Positions 28,481 to 39,120 of a stretch of 64,000 nt of DNA are shown piece by piece. Source of the stretch: Promethearchaeota archaeon (GTDB lineage: Archaea > Asgardarchaeota > Lokiarchaeia > Sigyniarchaeales > SOKP01). Both the position numbers and the translations under genes were made by a program. The stretch lies in the NCBI GenBank assembly GCA_019058295.1, contig JAHPZI010000030.1, forward strand, positions 141,164 to 205,163, read 5' to 3'. The notes beneath the pieces were generated by a model. That model ran no database searches. It was not told the origin of the DNA and saw only the letters and a list, made by a program, of their open reading frames with translations. Position 1 is the stretch's first letter; the number at the start of each line of letters is the position of its first letter.

Positions 28481-30025
28481 TTAATTTTTGTTATAAATCG
28501 AATATTTATTATCTAATTTTTCTTTAAATTGCTGAGAGAAATTAAATTTTTTTGCATACAAATCGAAAATTAACTCATCTATAACTTTTTGGTCATTTTT
28601 ATAGTCGTAATTTATATCTTTCTTTTTATTTTCAATTATTTTTTTAACTATACTTTCTACTTTTTCTTTTGTTTCATTGTCGGGTAAAATAAAAGGTAAA
28701 GCGTGAATTCCAGTTAATTGAATACTATTCGTATTATTTATAATACCATTCATAAGGTAATTATATAAAGAGCAGTTTAAAAGACCAAGAGCATATTCTA
28801 TTGAGAGGGAATTATTTTCTATAATAAAGCCAATTGCCTTATTTGAATCCCAATAACATCCTTTAGGCATGTATCGAGCTGCCAACCTTGAGCTTACACC
28901 ACTTATAACAATTCCTTCTTGTTCGAAAGGTACATTATTAGGAATATCATAAATTGAAATTGATTCAGGAGTCCAGAAAAGTGCTTCTATTATTGGGCGG
29001 TAATATTGATCACTACCTCCCCGTTTCATATAGGGCTTCCATTTTTTAGTTTCTAGAAGAGCTTTTGGGATAATTTTATGTTTTTTGTTAGAATTGGTTA
29101 TTTTTTTATTTCTTTTTTCAAAAATTTCAGCTAATTCAGTGCCCTCCACAGCAGCAATATATTTTAAATTATTATGAGTATGCATCCCAATATTTCCATT
29201 TATGTATCCTTCTAATTTGGGTGATTTTTCAAATAAATCTATGACCTCTTCTTCGATATCAGTAAAGAATAAATTAAAAGGTAATAAATGATATCTTTTT
29301 TGCTTAAATTCATGAACTATTTTTGGATTATTATAATCATTTTCACTCTCAATCCGAGGTATGATTCTCATAATATTTTCTGATCGATTTATTCTATTTT
29401 CTTTTCCAGAACATTTTTCTAAAATAGTTATAACTGTAGATATACTTACATTTTGACTATCAAACAAATTTTTAGGCACTAAGAGGATTTCCTTGATTTT
29501 GCATGTACTAAGGATAAATTTTCTTAATCTCGTATGTGTATTTAATGTCAAAAAAGAGTCGCTTGTTATAAATCCAAGTCTTCCTCCTTCTTTTAATCTC
29601 CATATACTACTTACTATAAACATTGAATAAGTCTCATGAGCATTAATCTTTCCGAATATCTTATGTAATTTTTTTTTATTCTTTTTTACATATTGACTTG
29701 ATTTGTTTAGGTAGGGTGGATTAGCTATAATCACATCAAATTGAAAATTTAATAGGGGAGTATAAGATAACAAATAATCTTGATCCGTAAAAGAAATTCC
29801 AAGATCCTTCATTTTTTTTTTATAATCTGGATTAATATCATAAGTTTGAATTTGATCTGATTTGACTCCAGATTTTAATAATTCTTCAATAAAAATACCC
29901 GGTCCAACACAAGGATCTAAAATTTTTTCATCTCTCCTAAATGGTGCTAAACGAGAAATGATATATTCAGCTGTTTTAGTAGAAGTTAAAACTAAACCTA
30001 ATTCTTTATTGTTTAATTTATTAAT
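28481..30025 (-). CDS. Orphan N6-adenine DNA methyltransferase (gamma class, TaqI/Eco57I-like); frame extends 71 codons upstream of the called ORF
   Basis: Motif I ILDPCVGPGIF lies upstream of ATG29812 in the same open frame; then ANPPY, LKEGGRLGFIT and a TRD-like C-terminus. Start uncertain (ATT30025). Confidence 0.85.
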   Translation of the reverse strand: MNKLNNKELGLVLTSTKTAEYIISRLAPFRRDEKILDPCVGPGIFIEELLKSGVKSDQIQTYDINPDYKKKMKDLGISFTDQDYLLSYTPLLNFQFDVIIANPPYLNKSSQYVKKNKKKLHKIFGKINAHETYSMFIVSSIWRLKEGGRLGFITSDSFLTLNTHTRLRKFILSTCKIKEILLVPKNLFDSQNVSISTVITILEKCSGKENRINRSENIMRIIPRIESENDYNNPKIVHEFKQKRYHLLPFNLFFTDIEEEVIDLFEKSPKLEGYINGNIGMHTHNNLKYIAAVEGTELAEIFEKRNKKITNSNKKHKIIPKALLETKKWKPYMKRGGSDQYYRPIIEALFWTPESISIYDIPNNVPFEQEGIVISGVSSRLAARYMPKGCYWDSNKAIGFIIENNSLSIEYALGLLNCSLYNYLMNGIINNTNSIQLTGIHALPFILPDNETKEKVESIVKKIIENKKKDINYDYKNDQKVIDELIFDLYAKKFNFSQQFKEKLDNKYSIYNKN

Positions 30026-30109
30026 TGCTCAACACTCCTTCACATAATATTCTATTAATCTCGAATCTTTTCATTACTTCATCTACATAAAATTACATCA
30101 ATCAATTAT

Positions 30110-31237
30110 TTATCTATTATTGGTATTATTATCAATTCTATTTATTACATCTAATATATATTTACAAAGCTTTTCTAAAAGAAAAGGATCGACTTTATCA
30201 ACAGTGTCGTTGATTGTGTGAAGATACTTATACGAATTCTTATCTCCAAAACCAAATCCTCTAAAATTTTTCTTTTTAAGATAATAAGCATCACTACGCC
30301 CAGTTCTGATAAATTTTTTTTTTGTATGGATAAAAGCATTCAAATTTTCCGCACTCTTAAAATAAATTGCTCCTTCTGTAGAAGTCCATATATCTAAACC
30401 TCTACCAATCGCATCAAAATTAAACATAATAGATTTTTCCCTCTCTAAATGCTCTATAATCTTATAAAAATTTCGAATTCCCATTGTTCCTGTTTCTTCT
30501 GCGCCTGTAAATATAAACCATAAATTATAATTCTTTAATCTAAACTTTGGACTTGAATAATGATTTAATAATTCTAAAACAGTAGCAATTCCAGATGCGT
30601 TATCAATGGCACCTGGAGATTTATTATTAGTCATATTTAAATCAATCATAACAGTTGAAATTAGGTTAATTCCTATAGGGACTATTCCTATAATATAAAG
30701 CCAAAAACTATATTGAATGAATAAAATATTCTTAAAAATAATTATAATTAAACCACATATCAGTGAATAAACCCATAATTTAAAAAAAATTCCCCGAAAT
30801 TTAATAGGTAATCTTTGTCCTTTTGAATCTAAATGTGAGAGAAATAAAATATTTCTATTCTTATTTTCTTCTTCCAGATTAACATATAGATTTTGGGATC
30901 TCCTATTTTTTCCTATTTTTATATTCTCTGGATTTCTGGTTTTAAAATATATTGGAATATAAATTAATAGGATAATTGATAAATTAAAAAAAAAGAAAAG
31001 ATCTCCAAAATTCAAATATAATACAAATAGAAACCAAAAACCCAGTGTAAAGACTAATTTTTGATAAACACGAGGATAAAAAGTAGTAAATGAAAATTCT
31101 TGAACCAAAGGTCTTAATTGTAAATCTTCTATCTTCTTTTTTCCAATTTCAAAAGCTTTTTTCTCGTTTTCAGTCCCGCTTAATCTTGGGAATGAGAAGT
31201 CATCTAAATTTTCTTTTATTCGGTTTCCATCTATCAT
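30110..31237 (-). CDS. M28-family metallopeptidase with inserted TM helices (paralogue 3)
   Basis: FPRLSGT, SHLDSKGQRL, PGAIDNASG, AEETG; close paralogue of 23157-24317. Confidence 0.85.
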   Translation of the reverse strand: MIDGNRIKENLDDFSFPRLSGTENEKKAFEIGKKKIEDLQLRPLVQEFSFTTFYPRVYQKLVFTLGFWFLFVLYLNFGDLFFFFNLSIILLIYIPIYFKTRNPENIKIGKNRRSQNLYVNLEEENKNRNILFLSHLDSKGQRLPIKFRGIFFKLWVYSLICGLIIIIFKNILFIQYSFWLYIIGIVPIGINLISTVMIDLNMTNNKSPGAIDNASGIATVLELLNHYSSPKFRLKNYNLWFIFTGAEETGTMGIRNFYKIIEHLEREKSIMFNFDAIGRGLDIWTSTEGAIYFKSAENLNAFIHTKKKFIRTGRSDAYYLKKKNFRGFGFGDKNSYKYLHTINDTVDKVDPFLLEKLCKYILDVINRIDNNTNNR

Positions 31238-31305
31238 GGGTGTAATTTATTAATTTTTGATAAATTAAAAAAACATTTAATAAAAATTATTTAATTTAAT
31301 TACCA

Positions 31306-32856
31306 ATGACAAATGAAAATAAAATTAGTATTAATGTAGGTTCTCCTAAAAAACCTATTGATTCTATGATCTATAGTAATTTTGTTGAACATTTAGGGGA
31401 ATGCATTCAAAATGGTTTATGGGCATATGATCCTGTCAATGTTCCATTAGTTACCGATAATCCGGTCTTAATTGGGATGAGACAAGACGTTTTACAAGCG
31501 GTAAAAGAATTGAAACTCACCGTCTTAAGAGCGTTTGGAGGTTGCTATTCTGATGTATATCATTGGAAGGATGCAATTGGTTCGAGAGATTCACGAAAAT
31601 TCGTTAAAAATTTACATTGGGGGGCCATAGAGGGAGCACCACCAGAAATTGGACCTGATATCGAAAATCAATTTGGTACCGACGAGTTTTTAACTTTATG
31701 TGAAGAAATTGGTGCTAAGCCTTATCTTAATGTGAATTATGGTACAGGAACACCTGAAGAGGCTGCAGATTGGGTAGAATATTGTAATGGCTCTATTGAT
31801 ACCGAATATGGTGCCTTAAGAGCTAAAAATGGGAGGAAAGAACCTTATAATGTCAAAATTTGGGGAATCGCCAACGAGATCTTTGGCTTTTGGGAGCCAG
31901 GATACGAAAAATTACCTGAGAATTATGCAAAGAAATATCTTAAATTCGCAAAGAAAATGAGAGAAAAAGATCCAACAATTAAATTAGTCGCTTGTGGCTA
32001 CGAAAATTCTAATTGGAATCGTACTGTTTTAAAAAATATTGGAGAAGAATGGGTTGATTATATTAGCATTCATCGATATTTACCATATGGTGCAGGTAAG
32101 GTAACTGGAAAAAAACACCCAGATAATCAAAGGTGTTATTATGCGTTAATGGCATCAAGTCCTTTAATTGAAAATGATATTAACGATACATGGAACGATA
32201 TTATTGCTGCATTAGGGAAAAATTCTCACGTACGTATAGCTTTTGACGAATGGGGCGTATGGTATTTATTTATGGATATAGTAAAAACCAATTATAACCT
32301 ACAAGATGGTGTTTGGACAGCAATTATTTTGATGACTTTTCAAAAAATGTCAGATAAATGTCCGATGGCTAATTGGGCTCAGTTAGTTAATTGTATTGGG
32401 ACTATTCAAACAGATCCAGATGGTTTAATCTTGACTCCAGTTTATTTGGCATTCAAACTGTTTGTCGATCATACGTATAATAATTTAATAGAGAATTTGA
32501 ATGTAAATTGTGAAACATTTGATACAGATAAATTTAGACGTATTCCTAAAGCTAATAATGTTCCATATATCGATTGTAATGCCACTATTAACGATGAAGG
32601 TAATAAATTGTCGATAATGCTTATTAATAAACATTTTACGGAACCATTAAATATCACTCTTGAGATAGAGGGATTCTCGCCTAAGGAACAAGGAGTACTT
32701 GTAGAACTAAACAGTCAATCTCCGTTTGAATATAACACAATAGAAAATCGCAATAAAATTAAATTAGAACATAAAGAAATCGACGATGTTAAACCTAATA
32801 TGACTCTTGAATTACCAGCACATTCAGTTAAGGTTATAAAATTAAACAAGAAATAA
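31306..32856 (+). CDS. Alpha-L-arabinofuranosidase (GH51)
   Basis: FVEHLG, GGC, NQFGTDEF, WGIANE acid/base, FDEW nucleophile, AQLVN. Confidence 0.93.
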   Translation: MTNENKISINVGSPKKPIDSMIYSNFVEHLGECIQNGLWAYDPVNVPLVTDNPVLIGMRQDVLQAVKELKLTVLRAFGGCYSDVYHWKDAIGSRDSRKFVKNLHWGAIEGAPPEIGPDIENQFGTDEFLTLCEEIGAKPYLNVNYGTGTPEEAADWVEYCNGSIDTEYGALRAKNGRKEPYNVKIWGIANEIFGFWEPGYEKLPENYAKKYLKFAKKMREKDPTIKLVACGYENSNWNRTVLKNIGEEWVDYISIHRYLPYGAGKVTGKKHPDNQRCYYALMASSPLIENDINDTWNDIIAALGKNSHVRIAFDEWGVWYLFMDIVKTNYNLQDGVWTAIILMTFQKMSDKCPMANWAQLVNCIGTIQTDPDGLILTPVYLAFKLFVDHTYNNLIENLNVNCETFDTDKFRRIPKANNVPYIDCNATINDEGNKLSIMLINKHFTEPLNITLEIEGFSPKEQGVLVELNSQSPFEYNTIENRNKIKLEHKEIDDVKPNMTLELPAHSVKVIKLNKK

Positions 32857-32859
32857 TTC

Positions 32860-34527
32860 TTAATAAAGATAGGCACCATCCTTGGCAGAAGAAACATGTT
32901 TTCTGTAAAAATTTAAATATCCTGCTTTTATTTTAGGCTCTGGCCTCTTCCATCTTTTTAATCTTTCATTTAATTCATCATCTGAAATCAATAAATTTAA
33001 TATGCGTTTTTCAATATCAATCTCGATGAAATCTCCATCTTGAACTATTGCTATAGGTCCTCCTTCTATTGCCTCCGGACAAACATGCCCAATACATGGG
33101 CCTCGAGTTGCTCCGGAATAACGACCATCAGTAATCATCGCCACTGAATCTCCTAATCCCATACCAACTAAAATCGCAGCGGGGAGAGATAATTCTCTCA
33201 TTCCCGGTGAACCTTTTGGACCTTCGTATCTAATGACTAAAACATCTCCGTCTTGAATTTTATTTGATAATAGCGCTTCTTTTACATCTTCTTCACACTC
33301 AAAAACTTTTGCTGGTCCCTTATGTTGACGCATTTTTTGGCTTAAAGCGCTTTGTTTTATAATTGCGCCATCAGGTGCAAGATTCCCTTTTAAAACTGCA
33401 ATGCCTCCTTCGGTTGCTATTGGATCTTCTAAATTTCGAATGATTTGGTAATCTTCTATTTCTATCAATTCAAGATAATCGTTTAAAGTTAATCCAAGAA
33501 CATTTTTAGTCGATAAATCTAATAATTTAGATAATTTTTTCATTAGAACTCTCACACCTCCTGCATTATGAAATTCAGTAAGATTGTATTCGGAAGCTGG
33601 TTTGAACTTGGCTAATAATGGTATAGCCTTGCTAAAGGTATCAAAATCAAAATGATTTAGACTCCCACCGATTTCATGTGATAACGCACACATATGAAGT
33701 ATCATATTAGTTGAGCCACCAAAAGCCAAAGCAACTTTAATAGCATTTTCTATAGATTTATTCGTGATAATATCTAACGCTTTCACACTTTCATTAACTA
33801 AATCCATTATGTATTTACCAGTTTCCTTACATAAACCTTCCCTTTCTTTGCTAATGGCGTCCATAGTAGCACAACCAGGTAATGAAAGTCCCATTGCCTC
33901 CACAATACATGCCATCGTATTAGCCGTCCCCATCATATTACAAGCTCCAGGAGAGCAACAAGTTTCAGATTCGATAAGAAAAAATTCCTCTTTGGTAATT
34001 TTTCCTGCTTTATACAATCCAATTGCTTCCTTAATATCACACGTAACAAAAGTTTTTCCTTTAAGAGGGCCATCTTCGAAGGTTTTTGGTTCCATAATCC
34101 CCCCAGTTAAAAAAATCGTAGGAATATTACATCTAACAGCTGCTAATAACATTCCAGGAATGATTTTATCACAAGAGCAAAGCATTACCATGCCATCGAA
34201 ATTATAAGACTTTACTGTACACTCAATTGAAGCGGCGATAATTTCTCTTGAAGGTAAAACATATTTAGAAAAATTTCCTGAATTAGCAATACCATCACAA
34301 ATGGCGATTGTATTAAATTCCATTGGTGTGCCACCTGCTTCTCTCACTCCTTCCTTAACAAATTTACTTAATTTACACAAATGAATATGCCCAGGATTAA
34401 GTTCGTTCCAAGAATTAACAATCGCAATTCTCGGTTTTTCTAAATCTTCATAGGTATATCCACAACCGAGATATAAAGCTCTTTCATATGATTTGCTTGG
34501 ATCTAATTTATTCTTTTCAGATGTCAT
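32860..34527 (-). CDS. ilvD: Dihydroxy-acid dehydratase (IlvD/Edd family)
   Basis: [48 protein letters not shown]. Confidence 0.9.
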   Translation of the reverse strand: MTSEKNKLDPSKSYERALYLGCGYTYEDLEKPRIAIVNSWNELNPGHIHLCKLSKFVKEGVREAGGTPMEFNTIAICDGIANSGNFSKYVLPSREIIAASIECTVKSYNFDGMVMLCSCDKIIPGMLLAAVRCNIPTIFLTGGIMEPKTFEDGPLKGKTFVTCDIKEAIGLYKAGKITKEEFFLIESETCCSPGACNMMGTANTMACIVEAMGLSLPGCATMDAISKEREGLCKETGKYIMDLVNESVKALDIITNKSIENAIKVALAFGGSTNMILHMCALSHEIGGSLNHFDFDTFSKAIPLLAKFKPASEYNLTEFHNAGGVRVLMKKLSKLLDLSTKNVLGLTLNDYLELIEIEDYQIIRNLEDPIATEGGIAVLKGNLAPDGAIIKQSALSQKMRQHKGPAKVFECEEDVKEALLSNKIQDGDVLVIRYEGPKGSPGMRELSLPAAILVGMGLGDSVAMITDGRYSGATRGPCIGHVCPEAIEGGPIAIVQDGDFIEIDIEKRILNLLISDDELNERLKRWKRPEPKIKAGYLNFYRKHVSSAKDGAYLY

Positions 34528-34605
34528 CGTTAAGTATTTGTGCTATAGAGCTTTTATAAATTTAATTGATGTTAGATTTTTCTGATTCCTTCAGAAATTT
34601 ATTTT

Positions 34606-35529
34606 TTATTTTTTTTGAAAAGAAATTCCTTCAACTCTTAATACAAGTTCGACTATTTCTTCTAATAAATTGTGTAATTCTTTCTTATCAAATTCAGGAT
34701 TTTCGTGATTTAATTCTTCCCAAATGAAGAAAACTTTATTTTTAATTGGAAGAATAGCAGTATTTCCGAAATCAACATAATTATTCGATTGCTTTTCTTC
34801 TGCTCTAATGACTATAGAAGGAAAGATTTTACCAAACATTTCAACTTCCCCATCAATCATCTCAATTTTTTTAAAATCTGCTTTATGCATTTCGTTGATA
34901 ATTTTTTTCAGTTGTTTTATCAAAAACGTTATTGTTAGCTCATCATCTTCAACCTTATTATCGTAAATAGAAACTACAAAACCAATCATTTGAATTTTAT
35001 CAGATAACTTTGGATGTTGGAGGTGATATTCATAATAACCTTTTACCCCAAGAATATTGATCCCTTCTTCTTTTCTTTGAGTTTTTACGATCCACCCGTT
35101 CTTTAATAAGGACTCAAAATATGGCTGAATAAAGGGATCCAAATCATCATATGTTAGATTTAGACCACTCACATACACATTCTGGAGGGTCTCAATTACT
35201 TTTACCCTAACGCCTTTCAAGTAATCTAATTCCTTCTTCTTCTTTATAAAAATTTTATTAAAATATTCTTTAGGGTCCGTCGCAATAAAAGTTTTTAGAT
35301 TTTTCCCTTCCTCATCTAATAAATTTTCCTTAACACATTCTTTTTCAATTAATCTTTTTAAAATAGAATATAGCGTTGTTCGCTCAATGAATGGCAATTC
35401 TTCTCTAAGCTTCCTTACGATGGTACCTCTTTTTCCATATTTTATGAGAGTATAATAAATCTGTGCTTCATTAGAATCAAGATCCATTCTCTGTAATGCA
35501 TCTATCAATGATTTTTCTAGTTCTACCAT
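34606..35529 (-). CDS. TrmB-family HTH transcriptional regulator
   Basis: LDSNEAQIYYTL..RTTLYSILKRL; ATG35529 taken as start. Confidence 0.78.
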   Translation of the reverse strand: MVELEKSLIDALQRMDLDSNEAQIYYTLIKYGKRGTIVRKLREELPFIERTTLYSILKRLIEKECVKENLLDEEGKNLKTFIATDPKEYFNKIFIKKKKELDYLKGVRVKVIETLQNVYVSGLNLTYDDLDPFIQPYFESLLKNGWIVKTQRKEEGINILGVKGYYEYHLQHPKLSDKIQMIGFVVSIYDNKVEDDELTITFLIKQLKKIINEMHKADFKKIEMIDGEVEMFGKIFPSIVIRAEEKQSNNYVDFGNTAILPIKNKVFFIWEELNHENPEFDKKELHNLLEEIVELVLRVEGISFQKK

Positions 35530-35562
35530 AATTAGAATATAATTATACACATATTTAAGTTT

Positions 35563-35616
35563 TGTTGATCTGTTTCGACACAAAAACATTTAAATATGTT
35601 GACCCGTTTAGTCACA
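35563..35616. promoter_or_regulatory. Tandem pseudo-palindromic operator candidates
   Basis: TGTTGATCTGTTTCGACACA (35563-35582) and TGTTGACCCGTTTAGTCACA (35597-35616), 16/20 identical, between divergent genes. Confidence 0.55.
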
Positions 35617-35662
35617 TAATCATAAAAAAAAAAACTAATAAAAAAAAAGGAGGTATAAAAAA

Positions 35663-36220
35663 ATGTTTAAAAGTCATGTTGAGAAACATAAAGGCGAAAC
35701 ACAGTCGAATTTAGACTTTAAAATGATGTCTATTTTTTTTTCAATTCGTGATATTTTTAAGAAACCTAAAGATATATTAAAAAACGCCGACATAAAAGTA
35801 GATGATTATGTTCTTGATTATGGATGTGGACCTGGGAGTTATTCGATTGTTGCTGCCGAATTGGTTGGTCCAAATGGACAAATTTTTGCTGTTGATAGAC
35901 ATCCTTTAGCAATTAAAAAAGTAAACAAAAAAGCTTTCAAGAAAGGATTGAATAATATTACAACTATTCAGACTAACTGTAAAACTGATTTAAAGAGTTG
36001 TATTATTGATGTTCTATTTTGCTTCGATACATTTCATTCATTTACACAACCAAAAGATAATCTAAGCGAATTTCACAGAATTCTGAAAAATAACGCTGTG
36101 CTTTATATTATGGATCCTCACCTTTCTGAAGATGATTTAATCTTAAGTATAACAGGCAGAGGTCTCTTTAAATTCTCAGAAAAAAGAGATGAATTATATA
36201 AATTTATAAAATCTAACTAA
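35663..36220 (+). CDS. Class I SAM-dependent methyltransferase
   Basis: VLDYGCGPG, IFAVD, EFHRILK; GGAGGT Shine-Dalgarno. Confidence 0.9.
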   Translation: MFKSHVEKHKGETQSNLDFKMMSIFFSIRDIFKKPKDILKNADIKVDDYVLDYGCGPGSYSIVAAELVGPNGQIFAVDRHPLAIKKVNKKAFKKGLNNITTIQTNCKTDLKSCIIDVLFCFDTFHSFTQPKDNLSEFHRILKNNAVLYIMDPHLSEDDLILSITGRGLFKFSEKRDELYKFIKSN

Positions 36221-36236
36221 AAAGGGGGAAAAAATA

Positions 36237-37397
36237 ATGATGGCAAATAAAATGAATTTTGAAAATCAATTAGATTATTCTAAATATTTTCCTCATTTTG
36301 GAAATGCATTATTTGCAGGGCTTGCCATCCTTATAATGTTTTTAGTGGGATTATCTGCTGCTATTTTAATTTATAAAAATAAATTGACAAAAAAAATAAA
36401 AATACTTTTGTTATCTATATCTTTATTATGCGGTGGAATTCTTTTTGGCGGTTTTCCTAATGTAATATACTTAACGGGACTAACTTTTTTAATTTTAGGA
36501 ATATCTCTATTTTTTGGTAGAGTGTTTTGTGGGTATATATGTCCCTTAGGAGCTGGGCAAGAATTAGTTTCAATGGCACGATTTAAAACAAATTTAATCT
36601 ACGAAAAACAAGATAAAGAGACCAACACTTTTGTCCCCATTATTGTGCGATGGATTTTTTTTGGAGGTTTTATAGCCCTAATCCTAATATGGGGGTTTGA
36701 AATTCTAACGCCTTTGAATCCTTTGAATGGTTTTCTCCTTATATGGTTTCCCCTGAATTTTTTGTTTCTAATTGCGTTAATTTTATTACTTGCTGTAATA
36801 ATCGCAAGTATTTTCTTTTACCGCCCTTTTTGTAGATATATCTGCCCATTTGGGGCAATAGTGAGTTTATTAGGCAGGTTTAATATAATAAAAATAAGAC
36901 GAACTGATGCATGCTTAGATTGTGGGTTATGTGAAAAAATTTGCCCTACACTACAAGGATTTAGAAAAAGTAAGAAAGGGGAATGCTATTTATGCTACCG
37001 TTGTGTGGAGTTCTGTTCAAATGAGATGTTTATAGACCCTCATAAAATTGCTGAAATTAAAAGATATTTAAGCACATTCACTCTTAATTTTGATGTATTG
37101 CCAAAAGAAAAGTTTTTAGATAAAACCATTATAATGATAATTCAATTATTTGTTCCCAAAAAGAGAATGCGCTATTTTAACGAATTTATCGATGCCTTAG
37201 AAGGAAATAGTAAATTTTTCAATGATGCAATTCAAAATATTGTTGAAAGATTAAAAGAAATATTTTCTGATGAAATTAAAAATATTGATCGAAAAAGCTA
37301 TGAAGCATGGATTAATAAAAATGAGCCTCGTTGGAGAGAAAAAATACAACCAATCCATTTAGATAAATTAATATATGGTTTAAGTAAACAAATCTAA
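36237..37397 (+). CDS. Membrane-bound 4Fe-4S protein (NapH/YccM-like)
   Basis: Several TM helices, two FCxxxCPxG motifs, CLDCGLCEKICP, CYLCYRCVEFC. Confidence 0.88.
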   Translation: MMANKMNFENQLDYSKYFPHFGNALFAGLAILIMFLVGLSAAILIYKNKLTKKIKILLLSISLLCGGILFGGFPNVIYLTGLTFLILGISLFFGRVFCGYICPLGAGQELVSMARFKTNLIYEKQDKETNTFVPIIVRWIFFGGFIALILIWGFEILTPLNPLNGFLLIWFPLNFLFLIALILLLAVIIASIFFYRPFCRYICPFGAIVSLLGRFNIIKIRRTDACLDCGLCEKICPTLQGFRKSKKGECYLCYRCVEFCSNEMFIDPHKIAEIKRYLSTFTLNFDVLPKEKFLDKTIIMIIQLFVPKKRMRYFNEFIDALEGNSKFFNDAIQNIVERLKEIFSDEIKNIDRKSYEAWINKNEPRWREKIQPIHLDKLIYGLSKQI

Positions 37398-37461
37398 GAA
37401 AAATTAAATAATGTTTAAATTTTTTTATCTCTAAAGTTAAATATTTTTTTAAATATATATT

Positions 37462-38577
37462 ATGCTAAAAGTCGGATTTATTGGAACTGGAAGAATTTTT
37501 GACCTTAATGTGCTTGGATATTTAAATAATGATGATGTGGAAATAACCTGTTTATGTAATCGAACGATTGAAAAAGCAAAACAAAAGATTAAGCAATTTA
37601 ATATAAATGAATCAATTCCAGTTTATTCTGACTATAAAGAAATGTTAGATAAGGAAGAATTAGACATAATCGTAATTCTTCTACCACATAATCTTCATGC
37701 AGAAGCAACTATTTATGCTGCTAATAAAGGAATAAAAGGAATCTCTGTTCAGAAGCCTATGGCATTATCATTAGAAGAGGCTGATAAAATGATTGAGGCT
37801 TGCGATAAATCAGGCTCCATCCTCTCGATTTTCGAGAATTTTATGTTTATGCCTCATATTATGAAAGCAAAGGAACTTATAGACCAAGATTATATAGGTG
37901 ATTTATCGTCTATAAGAATTAAAGTGGCAATAGGCGCTAAGGGTGGCTGGGATATACCAGAAAGTGCTAATTTTTGGAGAAAGGATCCAAAACAAGTGGG
38001 AGGTTCTTCTTCTCGTGGCTCACCGGTGCTTTTAGATAATGGATGGCATGCATTTACTCTTGGGTGGTGGTTTTTCGAGGAAGAAATTGAAAAAGTATTT
38101 GCTTGGACAGATGAATTCCACGGCATTGATGCTCCAGCTTACGTAATGTGGAAATGTAAAGAAAATAAAGAACAAGAGCATGTCAGTCCACAATATGGCA
38201 ATATGGAATTTTCCTTAATGCCAGAAATGAAAATTCCTTCAAATTATTATAATACTGATGAATTTATTGAAATTATAGGAAGTCGAGGCCTCATGAAAAT
38301 AAACCAAGGGACTGCTATAGGAAATAAAATGTCCGAATCCGAAGTTTTTGCTCCAATAATAATCATTAGAAACGGTAAGGTGGAAACATATACTGATTTT
38401 GAGAAAGATTGGAAGTATGGCTTTATTAACGCTACAAATAATTTTATCGATGCTGTAAAAAATAATAAAGAGCCAATACTATCAGGTGAACAAGCAAGAA
38501 ATATTCTAAAATTTAATTTAGCAGCAATTAAATCAACTGAACTAGGTAAAGATATACATCTTGATGATATAAATTAG
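37462..38577 (+). CDS. Gfo/Idh/MocA oxidoreductase
   Basis: GFIGTG, PHNLH, QKPMA, LDNGWH. Confidence 0.92.
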   Translation: MLKVGFIGTGRIFDLNVLGYLNNDDVEITCLCNRTIEKAKQKIKQFNINESIPVYSDYKEMLDKEELDIIVILLPHNLHAEATIYAANKGIKGISVQKPMALSLEEADKMIEACDKSGSILSIFENFMFMPHIMKAKELIDQDYIGDLSSIRIKVAIGAKGGWDIPESANFWRKDPKQVGGSSSRGSPVLLDNGWHAFTLGWWFFEEEIEKVFAWTDEFHGIDAPAYVMWKCKENKEQEHVSPQYGNMEFSLMPEMKIPSNYYNTDEFIEIIGSRGLMKINQGTAIGNKMSESEVFAPIIIIRNGKVETYTDFEKDWKYGFINATNNFIDAVKNNKEPILSGEQARNILKFNLAAIKSTELGKDIHLDDIN

Positions 38578-38598
38578 TAATTAACTTGAATTTTAATC

Positions 38599-39114
38599 TT
38601 ATAGATGTTTTGAAAAATATAATAAATCAACGAATTCATTATCTTTTTTCATAAAACCATTAATTAGGCATCCAAATTCTTTGAAATCATATTTTTTCAA
38701 CAAATTAATGCTGGCTATATTATCTGCGGCAACTTCAGCAACCATTATTCTAATAGTATTCTTTTTTTTTCTTGCTTCAATAATTAAATTCTCCATAAGT
38801 CTTGACGCTACTCCTTTTTTTCTATAATCAGAATGCATAATATATCCAATATTAACAATATGGCTTAACAAATCTTCTAAACGAGGGAGAGAAGATATAT
38901 GACCAATTAATTTACGCTTATATAAGGCAATTAAATATATTGTATTTGGGTGGTAAAGGTATGTATCAAGAAATTGTTCACTCTCTTCGTATGAAATTTC
39001 TTTTTTTCGAGCTAAAAAATGTGATTCTCTAATAACTGAATTTAAGAGAGTTAAATTTTCCTCATAATATTTTTTAGTTATTGGCTTTATTTTTAACTCT
39101 TTCTTACTAAACAT
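38599..39114 (-). CDS. GNAT N-acetyltransferase
   Basis: YRKKGVA, NIASINL..KYDF. Confidence 0.9.
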   Translation of the reverse strand: MFSKKELKIKPITKKYYEENLTLLNSVIRESHFLARKKEISYEESEQFLDTYLYHPNTIYLIALYKRKLIGHISSLPRLEDLLSHIVNIGYIMHSDYRKKGVASRLMENLIIEARKKKNTIRIMVAEVAADNIASINLLKKYDFKEFGCLINGFMKKDNEFVDLLYFSKHL

Positions 39115-39120
39115 ACTAAA

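Noticed and set aside
29812-29821. Frameshift at the A10 tract splitting the methyltransferase
   Set aside because: The tract reads TAT AAA AAA AAA ATG, which is in frame; the ORF caller only lacked an upstream start codon
30029-30043. Selenocysteine (Cys-Sec) at the methyltransferase N-terminus
   Set aside because: I know of no selenoprotein DNA methyltransferases, the position is non-catalytic, and I could not identify a SECIS
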